From Chrysomallon squamiferum (Eukaryota > Animalia > Mollusca), in assembly GCA_012295275.1 (NCBI GenBank), contig CM022679.1:14756001-14820000 (forward strand): 64,000 nucleotides of DNA, given 5' to 3'. Both the position numbers and the translations under genes were made by a program. The notes under the pieces were generated by a model that was not told the origin of the DNA, did not search any database, and worked only from the letters and a program-made list of their open reading frames with translations. Of the stretch, positions 27,257 through 41,332 are shown in pieces. The stretch's first letter is position 1. Every line of letters starts with the position of its first letter.

Positions 27257-27329
<73 letters not shown>

Positions 27330-28474
27330 GTAATACATACATAGGTTATTGAGCAAGCTTTCTAAGGCTGTCTTGATGACATACATATATTGTCCCATCT
27401 GAACCCGAACCCAAAATAATTCTGCAGTTTACTTTTACGATCCTACCTTTCACCTCTGTCAAGCAGCTAACTTCGGACATGGGATAAATACTACAAACTG
27501 ACCTCTTCTTACAAAACGATACTTTCAACAACTGCGTTTTTGATTCGTTTTGTAATAAATGGAAATAATGTTTCTATCTGGTTAATTATTCATATATATT
27601 TTAATTGTAATTTGTTTATTACATCTAGTTGAAAACATTTGGAGATGATAAAAAATAAATCTTTATCCTTTGAAAACAGCTAATTGTTCGAACTGTGTGT
27701 GTGTATGTGTGTGTGTGTGTCTGCTAAAACTGATTTGTGAGTGATTCCGTTCGGTTTCGCTGTTAAGACAGTTTTGACATGAAAAAGCGAAAAAATAAAT
27801 AAATAAATAATAATATATATGCATGAATTTGTAATTCCATAATAAAACTACGCAGCTGTGTGTTTCGATTTCTCATTGACTGCATATTAACTTACTAAGA
27901 ATCCATGTCACAGATGTGTTGATTTAAGCCAAAAATGACTCCACTTGAGCGCAGCTGTCACACGAGAAATCTTACCGCCATGTCGAGACGCCATAGTTCA
28001 CCAGCAAGAAAGACAGATTATTTGTAAGTACGTAGAAGGTTTATTTTATTCTTTGTATGCAATCATTAGAACTGCTTATCATAAATTCAGTTAAAAATCG
28101 GAAGCTGATGTTTTGCCGTAGGTGCAAATATTTAATCCTGTGTTATATATGTTTCTTTCTGTGTGACCTTCTCAGTCACTGTTGTAATGCATCTATTTCT
28201 CTTTCTCAGTCTAATAATATTTGCTTTACACAGGATGTGGTCTTTAGAGGATAGCATTTTAGACCACAGAGTTACGTCCCTTGACTTACAAAATATTAAC
28301 TTTGTTTTATCCTGATTAAAACTGATTAGGCTGGTCTTAACCGCGAATTCTTTGTAGCATCCTGAATACGAATTAAAAGAATCGGAAAACAATAATACTG
28401 CAGCAGCAACAACAACAACAACAACAACAACAATAATAATAATAAGAACAACAACAACAACAACAACGATATTG

Positions 28475-28520
<46 letters not shown>

Positions 28521-28776
28521 TACGGTATTGTAGCTAGTTCAACAGAATATCATGTCGTCCTGGGTACTGAATAATGCAAATTGTATTTTTCTTAAATCGA
28601 AAAATAATTAATTTATATGACACAGTTTGTTCAGGTTTATTAATGAAAGATTATGGAACGAAAAATGTATTATTAATTTTTAAAATTTTGATTTTTAATT
28701 TTTTAATTTTTAATTTATTTATTTATTTTTATTTATTTTTATTATTATTATTTTTTAGATTTTATTGTATTGAATT

Positions 28777-28807
<31 letters not shown>

Positions 28808-29393
28808 TTTTAGACAAATATTAGCTAATAACAACAAAACAGTACAAATGGCCTTTGATGATGTCATTCTTTTGTAACCGTGACGTCATGAATACGGGTG
28901 AGACAGATATAAATGGACATATGACGTCAAACTGGTTAGTACAGACAGTTCTGCCGTGGATATACTGTAAGGGGTATTAACCGAACAATACAGTTTTATA
29001 TAATAATAATAATAATAATAAAAGTAATATTGTCTATTTATATATACGTCTGATTAAACAAGAAAAGATTGTGAAAATTGGACTAACCATTATTTTTTTT
29101 TTTCAGATACTATTTATATACCAAACAATAATAACTGGAAACCAAGAGCTACGACATCCTTGGGTCTGTGTAAATGTTTGAAAATAATCAGAACGTTTCC
29201 AAAAGAAAACAAGAATATATAAGTTCTTTGAAAATAGTCTGAATTACATCAGAAGAACTGCGATAACTTGGAGTAAATAGTGAAAATAATTTGAGTAAGA
29301 AGCCGAAGAATTGGATCATATGGAGGTAGATGTTTGGAAATAGTTTAATAACGTCGTCAGACTCTTAGAAAAAAAAAAAAAATAAATAAATAA

Positions 29394-29429
<36 letters not shown>

Positions 29430-29650
29430 AAAAAAAAAAAAAAAAAAAACGTGTATATCAATCGACAGTGTTGGACTTCATTTTAAACAATTAGTGAATA
29501 GAAAATGATTTGTAGATAACGTTTTAAACAGCAAAAGAGCAAAGGAACAAAATTTTAATGAGAGAAACCTTCAAATAGTTGTTACTGGAAAAAAAAAATA
29601 TACAATGTTTTGTTTAGTGCACTAATAATGATAAAACTTCTTGAAACGAA

Positions 29651-31899
29651 ATGGAGAAGATTTTAAAAATACAAATGTTAATGTTTATAATTTTAGCTCT
29701 AGTGTTAATCCATTGGTACATAATAATTGTGATGCATCCTGAGTTCCAAAACACCCAACGTAGTTTGTTTGTGAATGTCAAAAATAATGAAATTAAAACT
29801 CAGCGTCTTAAGAATTATTTGAATAAAAGCAGAGAACTCTTTGATTCAGTATGTTCTCTAGCTATTTCTGGGGGTCCTAATGTCAGTTTTGCTGTGGCTA
29901 ATTACTTGATGTATCCCGGTAAAATGTTCTATAACCCATTGCCAAAAGACTGCTTCGACTTCGTCCGCCATCTTCAACCCTTGATGAAAGTGACGAATCT
30001 AGAACGCAGTTTTCCCATAGCCTTCAGCATCCTTGTTTACCGAGACCCACAGCAAACCATACGACTTCTACGCGCCATCTGGAGGCCTCAGAACTACTAC
30101 TGCATTCATGTGGATACTAGTTCGTCTTTCGATGTTTTGATTTACTTAATGAATCGTGTGAAGTGTCTGAGCAATGTAATATTTGCACCCCGAATGGTTG
30201 ATGTTGTATGGGGACGATTTTCGGTTCTGGAAGCCGATCTTATATGTATGGAAGCTCTGTACAATCATTCGAAAAAATGGAAATACTTCATTAACTTAAC
30301 AGGACAAGAATTTCCGCTTAGGACTAACTATGAACTAGTAAGAATTTTACAACTCTATGCGGGAGGAAACGATATATATGGACAACGTTACGGGTAAGAA
30401 TGCCTCTATTATTTATTTATTTATTTATTTTTGTAGTATTAGTATTTAAAATATGTTTTGTCATTGTTGTTGTTCTTATTAATTGGTTAATTAATCTTTT
30501 AACGTCATAAGCAATTTTTGTTGTAATTGTTATTATTGTTGTTGTTGTTGTTGTTTTTGTTATTGCTGTTGTTGTTACTGTTATTATTTGTATTATTGTT
30601 GTTGTTGTTATTGTTATTATTATTATTTATCTTTCACTGACTATTCTGTCTCAAACTATTTACTGCTCTTTCTATCCATTCATCCATGCACCCATCCGTC
30701 ATTTTTGTCTGTCTGTCTGCCTGTATCTTTGCTTGTCTCTCTGCCTGTTTGTTTGTTTTCGGTCTATAGGTTTAAATGCATATATCTACTGACGTTTGTG
30801 TTTCTAAGTATTCATTAATATATTTATCAGACTGGATACAAAACGGCTGAAGAAAATAGGGCCACCACCTCACGGTATCATACCAACAAAGGGACCAGTT
30901 CATATGGTTGCTTCTAGCGGATTTGTAGATTACATCTTTCGTAATCAGACAGCTAAAGATTTCTTAGAATGGGTAAAAAATATGACGATTCCTGACGAAA
31001 CCTACTTCACCTCTCTAAACAATAACCCACATCTTCAAATACCGGGATCGTTTAAAGGTATGTCACGAAAACATTAGCGTATCAAGCGAAAAGATCTTGT
31101 TTTTATAACTTCTTCCTCTCCTTCTTCTTCTTCTTCTTCTTCTTCTTATTATTATTATTATTATTATTACTATTATTATTATTATTAACGCTTCTGTCGT
31201 TTGTATGTAATTTGGATTTTTCAGATCGTTCAAGACGTTAGAACGTTTCTGTATATAGCACGCGTAAATGGACCAATAAAAAAACATAGAACATAGACAC
31301 GTGACCAATCCATACCTGTTTTCCCTAACCGGACGAGACATAACCGGTCAGCTCGACCCAGTGAAATAGCACTTATTGTCTAATTTATAGTCTATGTATA
31401 CAAGTCCTAAACACGCTATTCTCTCTGTCAGTGACTCAAGAAATAATAAAATAAAATAATAAAATTTTATCTCAGAAGAAAGAGAACTTTTATAATTAAA
31501 TATTAATATGACATTATTATCATGATTTATTTATTTATTTATTTATTTGTTTGTTTTTAAGGTAAGCACGACAAAAGACACGTTCACAACTTTTACCTGG
31601 ATTCAAGAGTGCGGTACAAACTTTTCACCTACAATAAACAGCTTCCGAAATGCAACGGAATGAAACGACACTCTGTTTGTATCTTCGGTGTTGAAGATCT
31701 ACCCCGACTGACGAAAGCACCACATTTATTCGCCAACAAATTCTCTTACTCGTATCAGACATTTGCCTATGACTGTCTGGAATCGTGGATCTTCGGAAAA
31801 ATCGAGGCGGAGAAGAAAGGTCATTTGAATTTTGATGTTTCACCTTACAAAAACATTTATTTTCTAAATAACTGCTACTGCAAAAAACAAAAAATATAA
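29651..31899 (+). CDS. Core-2/I-branching beta-1,6-N-acetylglucosaminyltransferase (GT14, GCNT1-like), paralogue B, ~435 aa
   Basis: Exons 29651-30393, 30831-31057, 31562-31899 (same intron positions and phases as paralogue A; 1308 nt, open frame). Motifs FPIAFSIL, RAIWRPQNYYCIHVD, WKYFINLTGQEFPLRTN, PDETYF, SVCIFG, HLFANKF. Upstream acceptor at 29105-29106. Confidence 0.93.
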
Positions 31900-32070
31900 C
31901 AGTTCATTTTTTTTTTTTTTTTTTTGATCGTACTTTTTATTATTTCTCAGGTATACTTCTATATAATGTAGTTGTAACTTATTTCTAGTTTTGTGAATAA
32001 ATGTTATAAGTCACTCAGATTCAATAAAAATAAGAAACAATTAATGAAAGAATGTTTAAGAATACCTTAA

Positions 32071-32123
<53 letters not shown>

Positions 32124-32261
32124 TTAATTTGATTTAATTTAATATCCAAGAGTTCCTTTGATAATATTAAGAAATATTCTACATATATTCTTAGAGTTCC
32201 AAGATTAAATGTTGTTTATTTGTTCGCAGCCATCTTTTAAGTAATAACAAATTATATCACA

Positions 32262-32306
<45 letters not shown>

Positions 32307-32949
32307 TACATGTCGCCGCCATTTTTAACGTAGTAATGACGTTATCGGATACAGTACTGACCGATAACGGGTCATTCAGTCATGTAACTCGGTGACATCT
32401 GTAAACAGATTCTCCTAAATATTACACGATAATTGAGTTTGAGTGATTCTCATAAATATCGCACGACAATACAGTTTCGGTTCTCAAGAATATCGCACGA
32501 TAATACAGTTTGAATGCGTTATAACAAATTTCACCCGATATGTATATAAAGCAGTTTCTCGCAAACATTAAACGATAATATAATTGAATTAGTACTGACG
32601 AGTACGCTACTGTATTTAGTTATACATTACCCCACCATTCTGTGGATGAAGGCAGTTCAATACACGTATTAACGGTTATTGACTAAAATTCCAGATATTA
32701 CACTCACCATTTTACATGATACACAGTCAGTCACGCTGCTGAAAACTGAGTTAACTTTGTGTATCTTTACGTAGATGATCGAGTCAGTAATTTAGTACCC
32801 ATGAGAGATATTGTTGTTGTTGTTGTAATTTATTATTGTTGTTATTGTTTTACTGATAATAGTTATGATAGTATCTTATTTTTTATTGTGTTTGCGTTTA
32901 ACATAAGACAGACAGACAAACGGACAGGTAAACAGTGTAAGGTTGGTGA

Positions 32950-32966
32950 ATAATAATAATAATAAC

Positions 32967-33004
<38 letters not shown>

Positions 33005-33059
33005 TAATAATAGCAATAATAACAGCAACAATAATAATAACAACAACAACAATAATAAC

Positions 33060-33106
<47 letters not shown>

Positions 33107-33122
33107 CAGTAATGATGATGAT
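32950..33122. repeat. Compound (AAT/AAC)n microsatellite, representative of many simple repeats in the window
   Basis: Other long tracts: (CA)n ~11255, ~11690, ~15423-15550, ~19490, ~39335; (TG)n ~19940; (TAT/AAT)n ~11806, ~12341, ~12702, ~13060, ~28400, ~32073, ~38070, ~47623, ~55043; (TA)n ~22083, ~27260; (CT)n ~34962, ~38415, ~56585; (GA)n ~55846. Confidence 0.95.
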
Positions 33123-34957
33123 AACGAAACAACACGATATGTGCTTGTTTCATTGCTGACATTTTGTGTAAAAAAATTGTAGTCAGTAAACAATAACGAT
33201 CAGCACGCTGTATTGATCTGATCTCTCGACTGAGTATAATCATTGTACATTTGTTTGAAAACAGCTGTTACACTAGTGTAAATATCATGCTCATTGATAT
33301 TTCTCCATTATAATTCTTACATTTTATTTTAAATTAATACCAATGCAGAATTTTAATTAAATGATTCGACAACTACCAAGAATTTAACAGTTTATTTAAT
33401 TACTTATTTATTTATTTATTTATATACACTTTTATTATTATCATTATTATCTTGTGCCGTCCAGTATTACTTAATAATGAAGAGTAACAATAAAAGACTG
33501 CAGTTTCACAAAAACTGGGCGCCGCCATTTTGATGTAGTCCTGACGTCATTGTACATAGGGAAAACTGGTTTGCTCAGAAGTTTCTCTTTAAAAAACAAA
33601 AATAATAATTATAATAAATGGTTAAATAAACAGCTGTGAGTCACGTGGTAGAGAAGGGGGGACTGTCATATTTTGTTACTAACGAAGATGTGTCGCTTGA
33701 AACAAACAATTGCTTTGAAGTGTATTCCGCATTCGAACCGTACACATTAAATTATTTTCTTTGAGAATTTCTAAACGAGAAGGTGTGCATAATTTGTAGA
33801 TTCAAATTACAAAATTAGAAAGTAACAACATGTTTGTGTGCACGGTGAAAGAACAAAGGCAGATTTCATGATTTCTAAAAGTGGTTGGGACGGGTCCTGC
33901 TTTATAGTGGATATAAGTTTCAAGATGAAAAAGAAGAACAAATAATAAATTATTTCTAAAAATAAATAATAATATTAAAAATTAAAACGTTAATAAATAC
34001 AATCTGGGATCGAAGCACATCTAGAAAAACACACTAAGTATTCAGAATACAACCATTACATGTCCATTTATCAGTTTAAGAAAAAATAATAAATAATAAA
34101 AATTTGTTAAGTTCATTTCAAATTGTTTTTTTTTGTTGTTTTTTCTTGGTTATAATTATTCTTTGCTATGGTGGCATACAGTATCATCCACAAGCTTTGT
34201 CATTTTGATTGCCAAAACGCTTCAGCACTTACAATGAACAAACAGTTTCAGAATTGATAAAGTCTCGTTTTGTACTAAGCATTCGACATGAAATCAATTT
34301 TTTTTTTTTTTACCTTTTCACTTCCTTTATGTTTATAGTATCCTTTGCTAGAAGAGAAATGATTCAGAGAATATATATGTATATATTTAGTAAAAAATAT
34401 TTTATATGTTTATTTATGTTTGAAACTTAATAATACTTTACTGCCATTGCATTTAGATGTAATGTTTGAATTTTTTCTTCCTTTTTTTTTTTTTTTTTTT
34501 TTTTGACTTTTTTATTTATTTATTTATTTATTACTTATCTTTTAACTGATATATATATATATATATATTCTGTATTGGTAACTAGTAAACTCGCTGATGT
34601 AGATTTAGACTCTGACTAAATTACTATTTCTCAAAACTGTTGTACGATTTGTTATTTCCTTGCTAGTGTAGAATACGTTATAAAAATCATAAAACGAATG
34701 AGAATGTCTGTTTCAGTTTGCAAATTTTTTTCTTTTCGGGTCTGACTTCTACCTCACGTGTCGTGCTGTTGTTGTGACTTACTTCCTTGCGAAAAAAAGA
34801 AAAAAGGATTATTAAGAAAAGAAAACTGCGGCTTTAATCATAGATCGAGATAAAAAGAAGGCGTGGTTTATTTGAAAAGGTAAAAATGGCCTCTGGCAAT
34901 TTACATAATGTCTTTATTCTTTCAGTAAAAATACTAAAAATACTAAATACAACTACT

Positions 34958-35043
<86 letters not shown>

Positions 35044-35497
35044 ATCTTTTTCTTTATTTCTTTCATTTATTTTTTATCCAGTATAGTTTCTTAATCCAAC
35101 ATTTTTGTTTTTCTCTACCTCATTATCTTTTTATACATTTTTTTCTGAAATTAAATGAAAGTGTTTGCCAAACGAAAAACTTTATTAATTAATTCATTTA
35201 TTTCATTTTATTTCCTTTTTATTTTTATCCTTATGTTTTTATTTGGTTTTGTTTTTTGTTTTCTCTCTCTCTAACGCATTTTTCATATATTCGAGCTCGC
35301 ACGCACAAACGTACACACACACACACACATGGAGAGACACAAACACAGAAGAAAAAAAAACAAGTAACAAGTTACTGAATTAATGAATCGTCAGCTCTAA
35401 TATGAAACTTTTTACTATATGATATAACAGTTAAATCCTTTTACTCTGAGATCTAAAACACACACAGTGCCTCCTAGATGAGATTACAACATAAAAT

Positions 35498-35977
35498 TCA
35501 TTCCAGCCATTTCAGCTTCGGCATTGCTGCCGAAGCCGACTTATCATTGTGAATCAGACTGTTCAGGGATCGAATCGAGAAATCGTAATTCCTCGGATCA
35601 GACTGCTGCGACTTCTTATCTTTCCAAGACTCGTTTTTTATAAAAGTTAGTTTCGGCACTGCTGCAGAATATTGACTTTTGTGATGATGGCTTGGAATGG
35701 AATTCACAGACTTTGCTCTTCTTCGCAAGGAGATGCTCGGGAAAATACATTTAGTTTCTTTTAGCGGCAAGAAGTCGTCAAAGTACGTGGAAAGTATGTC
35801 CTGCTGTATTCTGTTCACGTTTCTCTGGTACTCCGCTTCCAGACTCTCTATCTTGCCCTTCAGGAGGCGAGTGTAGACGGCGTTTCTTTGGTGAACCTTC
35901 AACAAGTGTTCGCCACGTGATCTCTGGTCAAGATGGCGGGCGGCTGGGAACATTCTGCACTGAACAAAGTCTGACAT
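35498..35977 (-). CDS. Uncharacterised 159-aa basic protein with an N-terminal coiled coil (possibly CCDC190-like)
   Basis: Non-repetitive ORF with coding-like GC in AT-rich flanks. Heptad segment QRNAVYTRLLKGKIESLEAEYQRNVNRIQQD. Plausible UTR acceptor at ~36054 and upstream donor at ~36602. The family name is only a recalled resemblance. Confidence 0.65.
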   Translation of the reverse strand: MSDFVQCRMFPAARHLDQRSRGEHLLKVHQRNAVYTRLLKGKIESLEAEYQRNVNRIQQDILSTYFDDFLPLKETKCIFPSISLRRRAKSVNSIPSHHHKSQYSAAVPKLTFIKNESWKDKKSQQSDPRNYDFSIRSLNSLIHNDKSASAAMPKLKWLE

Positions 35978-37892
35978 TTGTGTTGTCTCTCAAAGCTGAA
36001 ATGTTTTGCACTCGGTGATTTTGATTAGAACTCGCAGTTACGTAATCGTCAACCTTTGTAGCGGAATAGATAAAAACAAGATTTAGATGTAGAAAGGAGA
36101 ACAATAAAATCAAAGGAATAAGTCGTAAATAAATAGCAGATAATTGAGTTAATATGTAAGAAGATAATCTGGACGTAAGTAAATGAATTAAGAGTAATAA
36201 TAACAACTATAACATTAACAATACATATGCATTATTTAAATATAGACAGAGAAATTTACATGCATATATAATGTTATGAACACATTCTTACATAAAAAAT
36301 ACATATATACATTTGTACATGCATACATACATACACAAATACATTCATACATTTGCAAACATACATATATTTACACATACACAATCATTTACAAATATAC
36401 GTAAGGTACTGACATACACACATACATACATACACAGACATACACATGCATAAACACAACATTATAAATAACATTACAAATAGTTTCAAAGACTGTTATT
36501 AAAAATTAAAAAGTGGAAAATAATATTTAACCTTCTACTTTCATAAAATAAATCACAAGATACATGATGTTAAAGCGTTAGTTATGTGAATAAATATTTT
36601 TACCTTCGGAATCAAAGCGAGAGCTCCGTGTGTTCCAACGTCCGGAGTATTTCTTTCCGTTTTGTTCCCATGATGTTAAATGTATTCAGTTTACCCTTTA
36701 CGTGAGATATAAAACTGTTATTGTTAACAACACTTCGTAGAAACGATTCGTTTATCACAGGTGTTATGTGATAGACCCGAACAGCAAACAAGTCCTGTTT
36801 GTCGTGCATTTCAGAGTGTGATAAACCTCTCTTTCACTGTTTTTGTCTTCAGTACATACTTCTATTGTATATCCACGTTGTTCGATAAAACAAGCTTATT
36901 ACATCGATGTTAGTAATAATAAAAAAGACATTCTAAACTGTTATAAATACAGGGGTTATTTTTATGCGACAACGTAAATTTCAATAATGCCACCAATAAA
37001 ATAGGTAAATATATAACAGCAACTACAGGATTCAAGGGACAAAAGGAAAACAAACAAAACATTCTTATAGTGATAATTTCGAGACAATAGATTACTCAAA
37101 AATAAGAATATTCGGCATATCAAATCACTGACACTAAACTGGCTTTGACACTTCATTTCACTCAGTTCATAATATCCACAGCATCAGTTGAAATAATAAG
37201 GAAGTTTAAAATAATTTTTGGAAAAGCTAACTAAATATTCCGATTATATAAATAAATAAATAAAAATAAAAACCATCTAATTGTTTATGTGAGAAGAAAA
37301 TCTGAAAGTAAATGATTAATTGTTCTTTCTAATTTTCTTAGTACGAGCCAAGGCAAAGTTAAAAAAATATGTTATTTAGTCTTCAGATTATGTTATTTGT
37401 ATTTGAGAGGCTAAGAAAAATAAAAAATAAAAAGAAGAAACACAAAAAAACATGTAACGTCCATCTACTCATATTTCTCAAGCTATAAATATCCCTGGTC
37501 TATTTTCTCTGCAACCCCAAACAGAAGTGGACAGAGGCAAGTCTGTTACTCAGAGTCATGTTTCTGAAGATGCGACTCTAGCGATCAAGGTGGTTGGAAT
37601 GACCTTCAACTACTTACTGTTGCTTATCATCATCATCATCATTTTTTTTTTTTTTTTTTTTTTTAATTAGCATTAAGAAACGAGAATTACAATTTTGTAA
37701 TTTAATTAAAGCACGCGCGTCTTTGCGTATGTTTCAGATTGAAGTGTACGCGTGAACACAAAGTGAAAACAGTCTGCCTTCATGTTACTGTCGTGTTTTC
37801 TTTGTTAAAATTAAAGTAAAGCGACGATAAAACAACAAGACCAAAAATAATATACGGATTACTGATTTTTTTACTTCTGTTTAAAAAAATAA

Positions 37893-37964
<72 letters not shown>

Positions 37965-38066
37965 AAATAATAAAGGTTAAAAATAAATAATTATAATAAA
38001 AATAAAAATAAAAGATTAAAATTTAAAAACGAAATAATAAAGATTAATTATTTATATATTTTTTAA

Positions 38067-38123
<57 letters not shown>

Positions 38124-38315
38124 TGAAAAAGCTGTGACAAATCAGCAGGTGAAAAATTAAATATTAATTTTTTTTTTTTCATCTTGCTTATTCATTCAAA
38201 TGAAATAATAATAATAATAATGATGATGATACTACTACTACTACTACTACTAATAATAATAATAATAAAGGAAAACGATTATGTAAAAAGAAAGAAAAGA
38301 AAAGAAAATTTAAAA

Positions 38316-38376
<61 letters not shown>

Positions 38377-38411
38377 TGGGGAGGTAGCAAACTTTTTTTT
38401 TGCGGAGGTAA

Positions 38412-38485
<74 letters not shown>

Positions 38486-39331
38486 TAAAGGTAAGTTATT
38501 TTCTTGATTTCATGACGAATCAGTTTTCATATTCTCCACTTGACATTTACTTGTCATGTTACACTTTACTTGTGGCTGTGAAGGACTCCGCCTACCTTCA
38601 TTTTTCTCTCTCAGTCGCCTTTTAAAAAAAATTCACTGAATCTCGGTTAGTATTTAAGTCTGGTCATTTCCTTTGTCGTGCGGAGCACTGTAATTTGGAC
38701 GGTAAAGTTCACTTACGTTACAAGTGCCATTTAACTCGACTCGGTGCGAAATCCCAAGAAGGCAATCTTGCGAAAAATCGATACCAGCCAGGTAAATGAA
38801 AACCCGGGCTCTTTGAGTAACTGCCACACAATATGGCCAACCAGGTATGAACAACATAACAATCTGTCAGCATCTGAAGAAAGAAAGAATTTTCCCGCGG
38901 CTCTTAATCATGCTCATCTTAACACAACAAAATGAGGGCGGTTTGTTTTTACTCGCCGCAGATCCAGTTTGAATAGAGTTATTGAACCACTGACGTACCC
39001 CGCTAACTCGCTTGTAAATAAACAGAAAGACCAATTGCAGGTCATTCGCTTCGATTCAGTAACCGTTTTTGTTTTGATTAAGGATACAGTGCGCTCAAGA
39101 TGATATTATTTGCGGATTTTTCGATTGAAATAGATTGTAATTTGCACTAACAGACAGTCAGTATAAAACAGCTCTATTGTAGATTTGATTATTTTAACGA
39201 GAACAGATCTGATACAAAAAAATATTTTGGTATAAAACTTTCACCAATAATTTCATGATATTCAGAAAATGCCTTAAGATAAGTGTATATAATTGCTCTA
39301 TAATACGCCCCCTCCACCTAAATATACATAG

Positions 39332-39403
<72 letters not shown>

Positions 39404-39967
39404 CTGATCTGAATGTAATTTTTGTTATCTGTATATATGTATGTTGGAATGTAAACATGCATGTACTTACATTCCGTTATATTTGTACGCTTGTATGTAT
39501 ATTTGCATATGTGTACTATTATTTATACACATTTGAAAACAAATAATCAAAGAGATAAAACCTTTCTTCAAATATTTTCATGTGATATTATTTTCCTTTA
39601 ATTTGTTTAGCCGTTAAATTTCTAAAAGTATCGAAAGGTGCACTATATCCTTAAAAATCGACCGATTCACGCAGTTCGTTACGCCAGGTCACACCAGGTA
39701 TGTCGTCGAAGCGGTCGACTTTCAGGCGATAGGAGATTGACGAATACTCGGAATTTCGATTGATCGTCTGTGCGTGTTCGGGTAACTGTGTCGTGGATCT
39801 GCGTTCGAAATTAATTCGTGAGAATTATTATACGTTTTGTCGAGACCTACATGGTGTTGGTTATTAACAAATGGCGGTGTGACGGTGCCCGTGATCGAAC
39901 AAAACCCGCTACACTGCCGGGTTTGTGACACGATTCCTGAACATGGTGTCTATCAACAAAGCGACTC

Positions 39968-41332
39968 ATGGCTTGTCGAGAATGGACGCTTCATCGCAAG
40001 CCTTGTGTGGAAGTGTTAATATGTGCTGTGATTTGTGTCTTCTGTTCGTCCGTCTCTCGGTGTGATGCGGCTGATGGCTGTGACAAGCAGACGGGGCCTG
40101 CCGGTGTAAAGACGTGTATCACGTCAGACGGGGTGTACTACGACTCGCAGTGGGCGACGTGTCTGACAAACGTTTACATTCAGATTAAATCAGGGGGCAG
40201 ACACACCTGCTTCGATCCGCTGGCCACCTACTGCTTCTATCAGTGCATGGTAGAAGAACACGACGTGGAACTCGGCAACGTCACCAACGACTGCAGATGT
40301 GTACCGAACGTCACAGCATCAGAACCGTCCACGGAGACCACGACTCCGGCGCTGCCGTCGTGGTGTCTGAGCCCTCCGGGGACGGACTGCAACTGGTACG
40401 ACCAGTGTCTTCAGGTGAAATTCGACTGCGATGATTCTTTGAACAGTTACATTCTCCATTTCGCCGGAAGATTCTGTAACCTTCACAGAGACGACGGATC
40501 GAAATTCAGTTCGCTGGGACGGGAATGGATGGGCAACGTAAGCAAATGTATGCAAGCATCTCTTGTTCCGCTTCTCCGTCCGTGGGAGTCACCGACCTGC
40601 ATCGGCATCAGGAACCGTGCGTTCAGGTCTTACATAGACTGCTACAGGTCGCCGTTCTTAGGTGCTCCGTCTATCTGCGATCTGCCAGCCCTCGACTGGT
40701 GGAGAGTGTTTTGGTCCATGAAAGCTTCCTACGTCCGAGCCGCCACGGCCACCCTGATAGACCTTATCAACACAATGAAGTTTTGTTACAATTATCAGCT
40801 CTCCGGACCTTTCAAGCACATCAGAGTGGTCAAGCTCCTTTTCAGGCGAATCGATATCGACCTGGGATATTCCGGTAACACCACCCAGTACAAAGCAGAC
40901 GATATGTTCGTCGGAACTGTGACCAGTGTGATAGCTACCATTTTGGGTTGGCCGTCCAAAGGTGTTGGCTGGTTCGCCACTGCGTCTGTTAACTTGCCTC
41001 AGTTAGACAGCGGTGACGTGAACGCCATCGTCGTTTTGGCTGATATGTATTCCCTGAATGTTGAATATAACCTCAGTCACAATGTCAATTTAACTGCTGT
41101 CGTTGAAGAGTTGACACAAGCAGTTCAAGATGGACGTTTGAACGTTTTTGTCACTGACTGGCCAGTTCCGCTGGATATTAAACATTTGTATATCTGTGCG
41201 GACGTCAACTGCAACAAAATTACGTACAACACAACGACAACGGTAACAGGAGCCGGCAGCTGCAGTAAAACGACGTCAAGTCTATCAGCTTTTATTATTT
41301 GTATTATATTTTGGTGCTTTTCTTTTTTATAA
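39968..41332 (+). CDS. Intronless Cys-rich secreted or GPI-anchored protein with a stanniocalcin-like domain, 454 aa
   Basis: Signal-like N-terminus (VEVLICAVICVFCSSVSRCDA), Cys-rich module (QWATC...C......YCFYQCM.E.H......V..DC.C), S/T/P linker, then C.WY..CL....C......Y...F..RFC.......FS..G..WM..V.KCMQ..L.......C..I...AF.SY..CY. Ends in a Thr-rich stalk and hydrophobic tail (LSAFIICIIFWCFSFL). Confidence 0.85.
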   Translation: MACREWTLHRKPCVEVLICAVICVFCSSVSRCDAADGCDKQTGPAGVKTCITSDGVYYDSQWATCLTNVYIQIKSGGRHTCFDPLATYCFYQCMVEEHDVELGNVTNDCRCVPNVTASEPSTETTTPALPSWCLSPPGTDCNWYDQCLQVKFDCDDSLNSYILHFAGRFCNLHRDDGSKFSSLGREWMGNVSKCMQASLVPLLRPWESPTCIGIRNRAFRSYIDCYRSPFLGAPSICDLPALDWWRVFWSMKASYVRAATATLIDLINTMKFCYNYQLSGPFKHIRVVKLLFRRIDIDLGYSGNTTQYKADDMFVGTVTSVIATILGWPSKGVGWFATASVNLPQLDSGDVNAIVVLADMYSLNVEYNLSHNVNLTAVVEELTQAVQDGRLNVFVTDWPVPLDIKHLYICADVNCNKITYNTTTTVTGAGSCSKTTSSLSAFIICIIFWCFSFL

